Positions 46,569-59,406 are shown, counted from the stretch's first letter. The stretch is DNA of 64,000 bases from Candidatus Krumholzibacteriia bacterium (GCA_041484665.1 JBGPIA010000002.1:384001-448000), one strand, 5' to 3'. Program-made: numbers and translations. Notes: generated from the sequence alone by a model not told the origin.

Positions 46569-47726
46569 TCAGCGCGTCCTCGACCACATGAGCAGGATCA
46601 AGAGGCCTACGCCCGCCAGGACGAGCAGCGCGCGCAGCGGCGCCGGCAGCTGGCCGAAGGCGCCACCGACTCCCGTTCTGCGCATGGGCGGGACGCCCGC
46701 CGTGACCGCCTCCCGCGCCGCCACGAGCGCCTCCAGCATCTCCTGGGCTTCGGCGTAGCGCTGCGCCGGATCGAGACTGATCGCCCGGTCGATCACCGAC
46801 GTGAACACCTCCGGCAGCTCCGGGCGCAGCTGACCCAGCCGCGTGGACTCGCCCCTGGCGTGCGCCTCGCGCAACTGGCGGACCATGGGACCCTTCACCG
46901 GGAAATTGCCCGTCACGCAATTGAAGAGCAAGACGCCCAGCGAGTAGATGTCCGTGCACGGTGAAGGCTCCCCGCCGCACAGCAGCTCGGGCGCCATGTA
47001 TTGCGGCGCGCCGGACAACGCGATCTCCCGGTCGGTGCGCCCCGGCCCGCCCTGCGGCGCGGTGCTGACGTCCATGAGCACCGCGCGCCCCTGCGGCTGC
47101 AGCATGACGTTGCGTGTCTTGACGTCCTTGTGCACCAGCCCCGCCGCGTGCACGGCCGTCAGCGCCGAGCACGCGTCGATGCCCACCTGCAGCGTCCCCA
47201 TCACGCCGAGCGACCCCTTGTCGCGCAGCTGCTCGGCGAGGCTGCGCCCCTCGACCACCTCCATGAGCAGGCCCACGCGGCCCTGATGCTCCTCGACGCC
47301 CAGCACGGGCAGCAGACACGGATGCACAAGCCCGGCCAGCCGTGGACCCAACGCTCGTGCAGCCTCGGCGCGGGCCTGCGCGAGCTGGCTCCCGGCGACC
47401 GACGCGCTGCGCAACAGCTTGAGCACGACCACGCGGTCGGCGCGCGAGTCATGCGCGAACCACACCACCCCAGCCGGACCCTCCCCGATCTCCTCCACCA
47501 GCGAGAACGGGCCCCAGCGCTTGAGGCCCTTCTCATCGGCGGAGGCGGTGTGCGCCGACCCCTCCCGGCGCTGGCGCGCGGCGGCGCGGCGGGTGCGCAG
47601 CTTCGCTTCGAACTCTGGGTCCAGCGCGATATAGGCGGGCTCGTCGCCGAGCGCGGGAGGGTCGGCCCCCGGGTCGGCTGCCGCCGGCGGCTGCGAGATG
47701 CGCGGGCTCGGCTGGTCGTCCTGCAC
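46569..47726 (-). CDS. Hanks-type Ser/Thr protein kinase with C-terminal TM (atypical motifs)
   Basis: Motifs IGEGPAGVV, VVLK, HKDVK..N, DVS (in place of DFG), G.PQYMAPE, DIYSLG and P..R. GTG 47726 follows GAGGT. Confidence 0.8.
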   Translation of the reverse strand: MQDDQPSPRISQPPAAADPGADPPALGDEPAYIALDPEFEAKLRTRRAAARQRREGSAHTASADEKGLKRWGPFSLVEEIGEGPAGVVWFAHDSRADRVVVLKLLRSASVAGSQLAQARAEAARALGPRLAGLVHPCLLPVLGVEEHQGRVGLLMEVVEGRSLAEQLRDKGSLGVMGTLQVGIDACSALTAVHAAGLVHKDVKTRNVMLQPQGRAVLMDVSTAPQGGPGRTDREIALSGAPQYMAPELLCGGEPSPCTDIYSLGVLLFNCVTGNFPVKGPMVRQLREAHARGESTRLGQLRPELPEVFTSVIDRAISLDPAQRYAEAQEMLEALVAAREAVTAGVPPMRRTGVGGAFGQLPAPLRALLVLAGVGLLILLMWSRTR

Positions 47727-47734
47727 GGCCGACC

Positions 47735-50647
<2,913 letters not shown>

Positions 50648-50865
50648 GGGAGAACGATCCTCACGGAAATGGACTGCGCGGGCAGCGGTCACGGGGGACC
50701 CGAACGAGCCCGAGGAACGCGGCGTCGCCATGCGGCGCCTGGCCGATGGGTGCCGTGCCGCCACGGGGCTGCCCATAGTAACGGACATTCCAGGCCCCGG
50801 GCCAAGGCGAACTTGCGCACCGCAGAGCACGGCCAAAGTCTACGTGCAATGCCCTTTCCCGACGC

Positions 50866-52848
50866 TCAGAAGTCCTGGGTCAGCGCGATGTGTGCCTTAC
50901 CCGTATCGAAGCTGACGCTGCCGCTGAAACCCACGCTCAGGTCGATGCGACCCGCGCGGCTGGTCACGCGCATGCCCAGGCCGAACCCATGCAGCCAGCG
51001 GTCGCGGGTGAAGAGCCCCGCCGGGACTGCGTCGGCCGTCTCGCGCACCCACCCCAGGTCGTAGAACGCATACCCCTGGCTGCCCCGTACGGCGCCGACC
51101 ACCAGCTCGCCCCCCCCGTACGCCACGCGCTCGCCGTGGAACTGCTCCTCGCGATAGCCGCGCACGGTCGTGGCTCCTCCCACATACCATTGCTCGCTGG
51201 GCGGCAGCGGTAGCCGCTCCCCCGCCGTCGACTGCCACGTGCCGCGCGCCTCGAGCGCCCAGCGCGCCGCCAGCGCGTAGCCCAGCGAGGCGCGAGCGTC
51301 GACCATCGTCTGCGACTCGCTGAACGCGCTGGTGGGCGCGCTGGGATCCAACGGTGCGGAGCTGGCGCTCTCACGCACGCGTGCCCCCTCCAAGCGCGTG
51401 GACAGCGATCCGTAGGCGCCGCCGGCGGGGCCGCGGCGGCCGGTAAGCCCCACCAGAGCGTTGAGGCGCTGGCGCGAGCGCGTGCGGGCTCCAGCCCCCT
51501 CGAAGGTCGTGCGGTCCGCACCCGCTCCCAACTCCAGGTTGAGACGCCCCGTCCAGGGCAGGCGCAGACCCAGGTCTCCCAGCACGGTGTCGAAGACGTT
51601 CTGCTGGTGACGCTGCCCGATCGCCATGCGCAGGTCCAGGGGCATTCCCAAGAGCAGCGGCTCCAGATACGAGATGTCCAGCCGACGGCGGCCCGCAGCA
51701 TTGTCGAGCCAGCTGGTGCGCAGCTGGCGGGCGGTGCCAAAGAGATCCAGCAGGGCGAGGTCGACCGAGCCGGTGAGCTTGGTGCCGGCCTGCTGCGCCT
51801 CGCGCACGAGCCCCAAAGCCGCGGAGACGCGCCCCGTGGTGGGCGCCTGCTGCACGCGCACGCGCAGATCCACCTGCGCGCCGGCGCCGTCGTGCGCGAC
51901 GGGCGCAATCTCATCGACGGCGACGACCACCTCGCGCGCGAGGAGCCGTCCGGCCGCAGCCTCAAGCATGGACTCGCGGAAGCGCCCGCCCGGCTTGATC
52001 CCCGTCATGCGCTGCAGCACATCCGGGCGGGTGTGTGTGGCTCCCAGCACCGTGACGCTCGAGACCGCGGCCGAGGGTCCGCAGTACAGCCAGAGCGTGA
52101 GCGACACCGCCCCGGCGCGCTCGTCGCTGGCCAGATCGCGGATCGACACGTTGGCGAACGGATGTCCGCGCTCGGCCAGCGCACGCAAGCCGCGGGCGAG
52201 CTGCTCGGCCCAGCGGCCTGGACGAAAGTCCACGCCCGCCATGAGCTCGGCGCCGCGGACGAAGTCGCGCGCAAGCAGGCTGTCGGCGCCTTCGACGTGC
52301 AGCGCGGCGATCCGCGCGCGGGGGCCCGGCTCCAGGCGCAGCGTGTCTCCCTGCGCCGCAACGCCGACGCGCGCCCAGAGATAACCCGCCTCCCGCAGCC
52401 CGGCGTAGACCGCGCGGGCCGCGTCCTCAGAGGAGGCCGCGCGGGCGAGACTCCCCGCCGGCTGCGCGGACAGAGCCTGCTTGGCGATCGCGACCGCCTC
52501 GGGCGGTCCCAGCAAGTGCGCGATCCACTGCGTAGGCCGCGCCAAGGCCGCCTGAGGCGATGCCAGAGGCGCCGGCGTGGTGGTCGCGCCCGGCGTCGAC
52601 GTCGCGAGCGGGGCGGCCTCCGCCCCTGGGGTGGTTGCTGCGGGCGCCATGGCAGCCACGAGAGACGGCGCGAGCAGCGCCGCGCAGAGGCCCAACCCCG
52701 CACTCAGGGCAACGGCGAGCGGGCCGACCGCGCCCACGCCGGCGCGGCCCGCGGCGACCCGCTGGCGCCGGGCGCGCAACGGTGGTGTGCGGCGCGGCGT
52801 TGGCGCGGCGGCCGTGGGTCCGCACAGGGGCACGCTAAGGCGGTGCAT
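50866..52848 (-). CDS. Omp85 (BamA/TamA-family) outer-membrane protein
   Basis: POTRA-like segments (GYLWA, GHPFA, G...T...V), barrel with the YVGG..TVRGY loop motif, C-terminal Phe. ATG 52848 follows AGGAG. Confidence 0.8.
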   Translation of the reverse strand: MHRLSVPLCGPTAAAPTPRRTPPLRARRQRVAAGRAGVGAVGPLAVALSAGLGLCAALLAPSLVAAMAPAATTPGAEAAPLATSTPGATTTPAPLASPQAALARPTQWIAHLLGPPEAVAIAKQALSAQPAGSLARAASSEDAARAVYAGLREAGYLWARVGVAAQGDTLRLEPGPRARIAALHVEGADSLLARDFVRGAELMAGVDFRPGRWAEQLARGLRALAERGHPFANVSIRDLASDERAGAVSLTLWLYCGPSAAVSSVTVLGATHTRPDVLQRMTGIKPGGRFRESMLEAAAGRLLAREVVVAVDEIAPVAHDGAGAQVDLRVRVQQAPTTGRVSAALGLVREAQQAGTKLTGSVDLALLDLFGTARQLRTSWLDNAAGRRRLDISYLEPLLLGMPLDLRMAIGQRHQQNVFDTVLGDLGLRLPWTGRLNLELGAGADRTTFEGAGARTRSRQRLNALVGLTGRRGPAGGAYGSLSTRLEGARVRESASSAPLDPSAPTSAFSESQTMVDARASLGYALAARWALEARGTWQSTAGERLPLPPSEQWYVGGATTVRGYREEQFHGERVAYGGGELVVGAVRGSQGYAFYDLGWVRETADAVPAGLFTRDRWLHGFGLGMRVTSRAGRIDLSVGFSGSVSFDTGKAHIALTQDF

Positions 52849-52859
52849 CGAACCTCTCC

Positions 52860-55800
52860 TCAGAAACGCGCCCGCGTCTCGACGGCGAGATCGTGGCGCA
52901 GCGGGCGCTGTGGCTCGTCGCGGACCTGGTAGCGCAGGCTGACGGTGATCAGTCCGCTGCCGCCCCACTGCGCGAGCAGGCTGGCGCGGCGAGACGGCCC
53001 CGGCCGATCGAAGAAGTACGGCCGCGGCTGCCCGTTGCCACCGCCCTCGTTGACGCTGGCCAGGCGCAGCTCGGCGGTCCATCGCCCATGCAGCAGATCG
53101 GTCGTGCCACCGGGAACCACCTCGAGCACGGTCTGGTGGAGCGCGCTGGCGTCGTCGGCGCGCCGCGTCGCGCGCAGCTCCAGGCTGGTGCGGGCGCGGG
53201 GCGTCGGCCGATAGCGCGTGGTCAGCCCGGCGGTGCGGTCGAGGACGTGGTAGCCCTGCGCCAGCGGATCGCCCACGATCCCCGTGTCGCGCGTGCGCAG
53301 CTCGTCGCCGGCGTCCAGGCGCAGCGACCAGCCGCGCGCCACCTCGCTCTCCAGCCGCGCGTTGCGCAGGCGGTGATCGGACGACTCGGGCGCGTTGGCG
53401 TAGCGGCGATCGAGCCGAACGCTGGTGTCGTAGATCAGCCCCAACTCCGCGTTGCGCAGCGACCGGAGCAGCACGAGCTCCTGGCGGAGGCGCTGCTCGC
53501 CGAAGATGGTGGTCCCCGCGTTACGCAGCACGCGCGGCCGCAGCAGCAATACGTCGCCTACATTGCCGCTGGTATTGCGCTCCTGCACCTGGAACAGCGT
53601 GTGGCTGGACAGCCCGCCCAGCACGCGCGCGGGCGGCGTGACGTCGAGCTTGGTGATGAGCTCGACGTCGGTCGCAGCCACGAGACTGTCCGATGGGAGG
53701 AAGACGACGTTGTAGTCTCCCTGCCGCTTGCCCACCGGGTTGCCCTCGGCGTCGTAGTCGCCCTGCTTCTCGCCCACGAAGACGATCTGCCGTTGCAGCG
53801 CGCGCGAGCGGTCGGTGCCCGCGCGGTACTCCAGATCGGCGCCGACCGAGGCATCGGACGGACGGCGTGAGGCGGTCAGTCGCCCCAGTCGCGTGGTCTC
53901 GCGCTGTCCGCCGGGCAGTCGCGCGTCGCGCCAGGTCCCCTCCAGCGTGATGCGCCCGGGCTGCGCGCCTCCGGTGAGGTCGCCGCGCCACTCGCGCACG
54001 TCGCCGGCGAACCGCCAGATCGCGCCCTCGGCGCCCAGGCTGTCCGCCAGCCGCCGCCGGAACTCGCCGCCGGCCGCCAGCGTCGCCTGCGCGCGCGTGC
54101 GCACGCCGGCCGCCCACTCGTCGAAGCGGTAGCCGCGCCGCTGGTTTGCGGGGCCGTCGGTGAAGTGCTGGTCCTTCCAGCGCAGGTGCGGGACCACAGG
54201 TGACGCCTCCCACGACAGCTGCGCGGCCCGGTCGCGCCGGAAGCTGTCGGGCTGGTCGGGACGCGACGCCGTCGTGAAGGAGAGCGCTTCGCTGAGCCCG
54301 AGCGGGCCCAGCAGCCTCCCCTGCGCCTCGTGGGCGATGCGTGCGCCGTCGTAGTTCCCGCTGCGGTGCAGCCGCTCCAGCGAGAGCGACCCGGTACGCT
54401 GCGGCGCCCGTGCCTCCAGCTGCAGCTGCTCGTGTCCCTCGCGCGTCAGGCGCGTCTCGCCTTGCAGATTCCACGGCTCGTAGAAGAAGGGACCCCGAAC
54501 GCGGCCAGTCTCGTAGAAGCGCCCGCCGATGGCCTCCGCCAGGGCGCTGGCGCGCACCCCCGTCCCCTCGCGCCCGCCCCACAGCCAGGGCGTGGCGCCC
54601 GCCGCCCGCCATGCCAGGTCGTCGTTGTTGCCGTCGCCGACGGGGCTGATCACGTTCTCATCGCGCTCGGTGGCGTTGAGCTCCAGGCGTGCCCACGAGC
54701 CGTGCCCCTGGTCGCCCACGTCCAGCGACGCCACCGCCGCGCGCGTGCGCGCTGGCAGCGGTAGCCTCCGGCCGACCACGTAGTCGCCCTGCGCGGCCCC
54801 AACGTGCTTGAACTCGCGCACGCCGGTCTCGCTGAGGCGGTCGAGGATGTAGTCGCCCTGCCCCGTGCCCACGCGCAGGAACGCGACACTGTAATGCCCG
54901 CCGATCGCCCCGACGAAGACGAAGATCGTGTCGCCCGGAGCCGTTGCGAGCTTGTCGTATTGCCCGGTGGAGTCGGTGGCGGCGGTCACACCGTTGCCCA
55001 CGGCGAGCGCCGGGTCATCGCCCGCCGCCGTCAGCCGCGCGCGGTCCTGCTCGCTCAGCTCCCCCTGGCTCGGGCGGTCGGGGTCGTCGCCCTCGCTGAG
55101 CCAGCCCAGGCGCAGGCGCGCGATTCCCAAGCGCACCGAGTCGGCGATCGCCGCCACCACCTGGCGGGAGTAGCCCGTACGGCTGGTCTCGAAATCGATG
55201 GCGATGAGGCTTTCGGGGCCGATCGGGCGGCGCTCGGTGAAGCTGATCGTCCCCCGCACGTAGTCGATGCTGTAGTCGTTGGTCTCACCGCGGCGCATCA
55301 GCTCGCCTGCGACCCACACGCGCTCGCTGCCGGCAATGATGAAGCTCTCGTCCTGGCGTTGCGGATCGAGGAGCTCGTAGGGGCCCTGGACGCCTTCACG
55401 GCCGCGCAGCTCCACCTGCGCGCGCGTTCCGCGCGGCGACCCGCCCAGGAGCGCCGCGCTGCCGCGCCCGCTGCGGCCGCGCAGGGCCAGCCCCTGGAGC
55501 TTGCGCTGGTACGGCAGGAATGCCCCCAACGGTTGGTCGATCGCGAAATCGCCCAGCAGCGCTCCGCCGCGGCGCCCGTACAGCTCGATGCGCACCTGGT
55601 CGAGGTCCCTGAGCTCCTCGGTGTTGCCCTCAGGCGTGATGGGAAGGTTCTGGTCGCTGATCTCCGCGCGCAGCCAGATTCCCTCGGCGATCCGCCCGGT
55701 CGCCGACAGCTGCAGCGCCTGGTCCACGGTGGCATCGCGGTTGGTGCCGCCCTGGACCGACACGGTCTTGCTGCCGCGCACGACCAGGTCGTCCTGCTCG

Positions 55801-56456
55801 GGTCCCGCGCCGGCCGGCGGCTGCGCCCGCGCGCTCTCGCCGCGCGCGCCCGGCACGGCGGCGGACGGCTGCACCGTAGCCAGGGCCGGCTGTCGCGGCC
55901 GCGGCTCGTGAAGGCGTGCCTCGTGCGCCGCGCTGGCTTGGTCGTAGTGATAGCGCACCACGAGCACCTCGCCGCCGGAAGCGGGCTGGGGCAGCGCGAG
56001 CAGGCCGCGCGAGCGGTCCAGGACGACGTCGACCCCCTCCTTCAACTCAACGCCGCTCAGCTTGATCGTGATGGGATCACGCAGGAATGGATGGCTGAGG
56101 TCGATGCGGAACTGACCGGGCACGAGCACCAGGCTGTCGCGGGCCGCGGCGAGCTGCGCGCTGTCGAGCCAGCGCACCGCCGGCGTTGCGACGGGCGCGG
56201 CAACGCGCGGGGGCGCTGCCGCCGTGGAATCGGTTGGCGCGGCGGGCGGCGCAGATGCCGAGGTCGTGGAGTCGGCGGGAGCGGCGACCGCTGCGGGTGC
56301 CGAACTGGCCGAGTCGGCGCCCGCGGCGGCGCTGCCGGCCGCCCTTGCCGCCACGACGTCGCCGTCGGCCGACCGAGCGTCGCAGCACGGCGCGACCGCC
56401 AGCGCGCAGGCCGTGGCCGTGGTGGCGATTCCAGCAACCAGCGGGAGCCGGAGCAA
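52860..56456 (-). CDS. Large outer-membrane beta-barrel protein with SprA-like lumenal motifs
   Basis: Signal peptide; GSK..S...Q.LQL...G; ISDQNLPI.PEGNT; GSERVWV.G..M.RG...DY.IDY..G.I.F; many amphipathic strands; C-terminal Phe. Confidence 0.65.
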   Translation of the reverse strand: MLRLPLVAGIATTATACALAVAPCCDARSADGDVVAARAAGSAAAGADSASSAPAAVAAPADSTTSASAPPAAPTDSTAAAPPRVAAPVATPAVRWLDSAQLAAARDSLVLVPGQFRIDLSHPFLRDPITIKLSGVELKEGVDVVLDRSRGLLALPQPASGGEVLVVRYHYDQASAAHEARLHEPRPRQPALATVQPSAAVPGARGESARAQPPAGAGPEQDDLVVRGSKTVSVQGGTNRDATVDQALQLSATGRIAEGIWLRAEISDQNLPITPEGNTEELRDLDQVRIELYGRRGGALLGDFAIDQPLGAFLPYQRKLQGLALRGRSGRGSAALLGGSPRGTRAQVELRGREGVQGPYELLDPQRQDESFIIAGSERVWVAGELMRRGETNDYSIDYVRGTISFTERRPIGPESLIAIDFETSRTGYSRQVVAAIADSVRLGIARLRLGWLSEGDDPDRPSQGELSEQDRARLTAAGDDPALAVGNGVTAATDSTGQYDKLATAPGDTIFVFVGAIGGHYSVAFLRVGTGQGDYILDRLSETGVREFKHVGAAQGDYVVGRRLPLPARTRAAVASLDVGDQGHGSWARLELNATERDENVISPVGDGNNDDLAWRAAGATPWLWGGREGTGVRASALAEAIGGRFYETGRVRGPFFYEPWNLQGETRLTREGHEQLQLEARAPQRTGSLSLERLHRSGNYDGARIAHEAQGRLLGPLGLSEALSFTTASRPDQPDSFRRDRAAQLSWEASPVVPHLRWKDQHFTDGPANQRRGYRFDEWAAGVRTRAQATLAAGGEFRRRLADSLGAEGAIWRFAGDVREWRGDLTGGAQPGRITLEGTWRDARLPGGQRETTRLGRLTASRRPSDASVGADLEYRAGTDRSRALQRQIVFVGEKQGDYDAEGNPVGKRQGDYNVVFLPSDSLVAATDVELITKLDVTPPARVLGGLSSHTLFQVQERNTSGNVGDVLLLRPRVLRNAGTTIFGEQRLRQELVLLRSLRNAELGLIYDTSVRLDRRYANAPESSDHRLRNARLESEVARGWSLRLDAGDELRTRDTGIVGDPLAQGYHVLDRTAGLTTRYRPTPRARTSLELRATRRADDASALHQTVLEVVPGGTTDLLHGRWTAELRLASVNEGGGNGQPRPYFFDRPGPSRRASLLAQWGGSGLITVSLRYQVRDEPQRPLRHDLAVETRARF

Positions 56457-56470
56457 CGCGCTCTCCCGGC

Positions 56471-57448
56471 TCAGGGGAATGCGATGTCGTAGACCAGCAG
56501 CGCGCTACGGCCGGCGTCGACGACGTACAGACGGTCGTTGGCTCCGACCGCGCAGTCGACGGGCCGCTGCATGTGGTCCGGCGCGAACTCGTCCCCCCCG
56601 ACGGTCATCAACGGGTAGAGGTCCGGTGCCAGCACGAATACCTTCCCCGTTCCGGTGTCGGTCACGTAGACGTTGCCGAAGCGATCGGTGTCCAGCCCCG
56701 AAGGGGCGATCAGGAGCGCGTCGGGCGCGTCCACGCCCGGCGTGGCCGCCAGCGGCTGCCCGGTACGATCGAAAGCCTGCACGCGCCGGTTGCCGCGATC
56801 GCTCACGTACAGGACGCCGCCGGAGCCGAAGGCCACGCCGCGCGGCTCCTTGAACTGACCCGGGAAGCTCCCGTACTCGCCCACGACCGTCTCCAGCTGC
56901 AGGAACGAGCTGGTCACGAGCACCCGGTGCCCGTCCTCGTCGGCCACGGCCACGCGCCCATCGCGGTCGATGGCCAGCGCCGAAGGCCGCACGGTCTCGA
57001 AGCCGGAAATCGTCGAGAGGTCCAAGAAGACGTCGCGGTACGCGCCGCGCGCCTCGTAGCGCAGGATCGTGCGCCGGTTCGCGTCCAGCACGTAGAACAG
57101 GAAGCCGTGGACGGCCACATCCAGCGGAGCCAGCCCTCCGCCGAACGGATCGTCGGCGGTGGCCACGTATTCGCCCTGCTTGTCGAACACGTGCAGGCGT
57201 CCGCCCCCATAGTCCGCCAGGAAGAACTCACCGCCGGGAAGCACCGCGACCGCCGCCGGGCGCACTAGGGGCGCCCATGCCTCGGTCTTACGGTTCTCGT
57301 AGATGGCCGAGAACACGATCGAGCGGGGAGCCGGCGCGTCCAGGGCCGCCACCCCGCGCACGGGGGGCGGCAGCGGCGAGGGCCCGCACCCCGGAAGGAG
57401 CGCGGCCAGCGCGGCGGCCAGGAGGATGCAGGCCGGGCGGCGCGGCAT
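56471..57448 (-). CDS. NHL-repeat (6-bladed beta-propeller) lipoprotein
   Basis: LLPGC lipobox and repeats such as F.EPRGVAF...G.LYVSDRGNRRVQ.FD. ATG 57448 follows GGAGG. Confidence 0.85.
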   Translation of the reverse strand: MPRRPACILLAAALAALLPGCGPSPLPPPVRGVAALDAPAPRSIVFSAIYENRKTEAWAPLVRPAAVAVLPGGEFFLADYGGGRLHVFDKQGEYVATADDPFGGGLAPLDVAVHGFLFYVLDANRRTILRYEARGAYRDVFLDLSTISGFETVRPSALAIDRDGRVAVADEDGHRVLVTSSFLQLETVVGEYGSFPGQFKEPRGVAFGSGGVLYVSDRGNRRVQAFDRTGQPLAATPGVDAPDALLIAPSGLDTDRFGNVYVTDTGTGKVFVLAPDLYPLMTVGGDEFAPDHMQRPVDCAVGANDRLYVVDAGRSALLVYDIAFP

Positions 57449-57456
57449 CCGCCCTC

Positions 57457-58323
57457 CTAGAACTGGCGCTGCAGCGAGAGGGTCGCGGAGCTCCCGCGCA
57501 AGGACGGCTTGACCGTGAACTTCAGATCCATACCCGCCACCGACGTCTCCATGCGAGTCTTCTGCGCCACCCCGCTGCGGACCGCGTCGACGAAGGCCGC
57601 GGCGTGGTTGACCAGCGCCAGCAGTGTGACCAGCTTCGCGTTGTCGAAGGCGGAATTGCTGTCCTTGCGCTGCCCCTGGTAGTTGTCGAAGACGCGCTCG
57701 TTCTGCCAACGCCAACCATCCTGGGCCGGGAGTGCGGGGCCGGGCGGCTCCACGCCCGCGCGCAGCGCGCGCCGCACCTGCTCGTTGTACTCGTCGCTGC
57801 TGCGATAGCTCGCCACCGCGCGCCAGTAGTCGTCGTTGCGATCGGTCCCCTGCACGCCGGCGAACTGCACGGCGTAGTCCTCGTAGGCGTTGCGGCGCGA
57901 GTGCCCCTGTACGTCGAACACCAGGTAGCTCGTCCACACCGCCGCCTCGATCCCCGCGAAGATCGCCCCGCGCGTGGTGTGCCCCGAGCGGAACTGCCCC
58001 AAGCCGGGCACCAGGAGCGACAGGAAGCCGTTCTGGAGCCGCTGCGACTTGTCGCTGGACAGCGCGGCGGTGGGCTCCATCGCCGCCTCCATGCGATCCA
58101 CTTCCAGGGCGCTGGCGCGGCGCAACAGGATCTCCATGCGCAGATCCCCCTCGGGCTCGGGCGGCGCTGGGGCGCCGTCACCCGCGGTCAACGGCAGCGT
58201 TTGCGCGCGGGCGGCGTGCGGTACCGCTGGCGGTACGGCGGTCAGGGACGCAACCAGCAGCGGCAAGGCGAGACCCCTGGCACGCGGGCGGGAGACCCGG
58301 AGCATGGCGAAGAGTCGTCGCAT
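57457..58323 (-). CDS. Hypothetical exported/membrane protein (DUF5683-like), paralog of the next gene
   Basis: Signal peptide, SLLVPGLGQ...G...RG..F..IE..W, YEDYA, and C-terminal beta-strands ending in Phe. Confidence 0.7.
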   Translation of the reverse strand: MRRLFAMLRVSRPRARGLALPLLVASLTAVPPAVPHAARAQTLPLTAGDGAPAPPEPEGDLRMEILLRRASALEVDRMEAAMEPTAALSSDKSQRLQNGFLSLLVPGLGQFRSGHTTRGAIFAGIEAAVWTSYLVFDVQGHSRRNAYEDYAVQFAGVQGTDRNDDYWRAVASYRSSDEYNEQVRRALRAGVEPPGPALPAQDGWRWQNERVFDNYQGQRKDSNSAFDNAKLVTLLALVNHAAAFVDAVRSGVAQKTRMETSVAGMDLKFTVKPSLRGSSATLSLQRQF

Positions 58324-59309
58324 CAGTAGGTCAACCTCACTCCCAGGCGCGTCTCGGTCAAGCCGCGTGGGTCCAGGACCAACGAAACCTGTGGGCCGCC
58401 CGAGCCCGCGCCGGTCGCGAGCGCCGCGCCGGCGGATCCGCCCGTAGCCTCTGACGGGGCCTTGTTCTTGTAGTGGCCGCCGATGAACCCCTCGAGGTAC
58501 GCCACGTCCAGCACGCTCAGCACGCGGGTGATCACGTTCAAGGTAAGGAACTTGTCGCGATTGGAGAAGGCATGGTTGCTGTCGCCGCGCATGTTCACGT
58601 AGGTCGTTCGATTGGGCGTGCTGAAGTCGGGGTTGGCGGTATCCAGGGGTGCGCCTCCAAAGCGATAGTAGCCATCATCCCAACCCCAGTAGAACACGTC
58701 CCATTTCCCCAGGTTCTCGTACCACTCGCGCGCATCCTTCTCCTTGCTGACATAGAGCGGGACTTGCTCCTTGGTCGTGCCCTGCCCGTAGACCCCGCCG
58801 AAGTAGTTGTGCAATTCGCCGGAGTTGAGCGCCGATTCCCACCAGAACTCGCTCCAGTGCGCGTCGGCGAACTGCTTGTAATCGTCCTCGATGTTCTTAC
58901 CCTTGTCGGAGTAGTGCTTGACCGCGAACCAGCTCGCCGCGTCTACGGCGATGAAGGCATAGCCGCGCTTATGACCGGTGATCGCCTCGCCCAGGCCGGG
59001 CAGCACGGCCGAGGCCGCAATCGGCCACCAGCGGTGCGGGGCGCGGGCAGCCTCGGTTTCCAGATCGGCGGGCGGCGCCGGCGGCGTCTCGGTCTGCAGC
59101 GCAACGGCAATCTGCTCCCGCGTCAGCAGCAGCCGGGCGCTGCCGCGGCGCCCAGCAGACGCGCTTTGCAGCAAATCCTTCTGCCACGGCGCTTGAGCCG
59201 GCGAAGCCTCGTGCTCTGCGCGCGCGGGCTTTGGACCGAGCAGCGCGCCGGCCTGGAGCATGACCTGTAGGGCGATCCCACCCACCAGGGCAACGCGACG
59301 TCGACTCAT
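58323..59309 (-). CDS. Hypothetical exported/membrane protein (DUF5683-like)
   Basis: Signal peptide, SAVLPGLGE...G..RG..F..VD..W, YKQFADAHW, YENLGKW..F..GW.D, and a C-terminal strand ending in Tyr. Confidence 0.7.
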   Translation of the reverse strand: MSRRRVALVGGIALQVMLQAGALLGPKPARAEHEASPAQAPWQKDLLQSASAGRRGSARLLLTREQIAVALQTETPPAPPADLETEAARAPHRWWPIAASAVLPGLGEAITGHKRGYAFIAVDAASWFAVKHYSDKGKNIEDDYKQFADAHWSEFWWESALNSGELHNYFGGVYGQGTTKEQVPLYVSKEKDAREWYENLGKWDVFYWGWDDGYYRFGGAPLDTANPDFSTPNRTTYVNMRGDSNHAFSNRDKFLTLNVITRVLSVLDVAYLEGFIGGHYKNKAPSEATGGSAGAALATGAGSGGPQVSLVLDPRGLTETRLGVRLTY

Positions 59310-59406
59310 GCGCCCTTCTCCTTTGCTGCGCCGCGCCCGCTACGGGCGCCGTCGCGCTCCCACCCAGAGGCCGGCGGAGCGCCGAAGCCACGCGGCCAGC
59401 GCGCGC

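Noticed and set aside
50648..50865. Glycine riboswitch upstream of gcvP
   Set aside because: The conserved GGAGA...CCGAAG...CTCTCAGG elements are not present.
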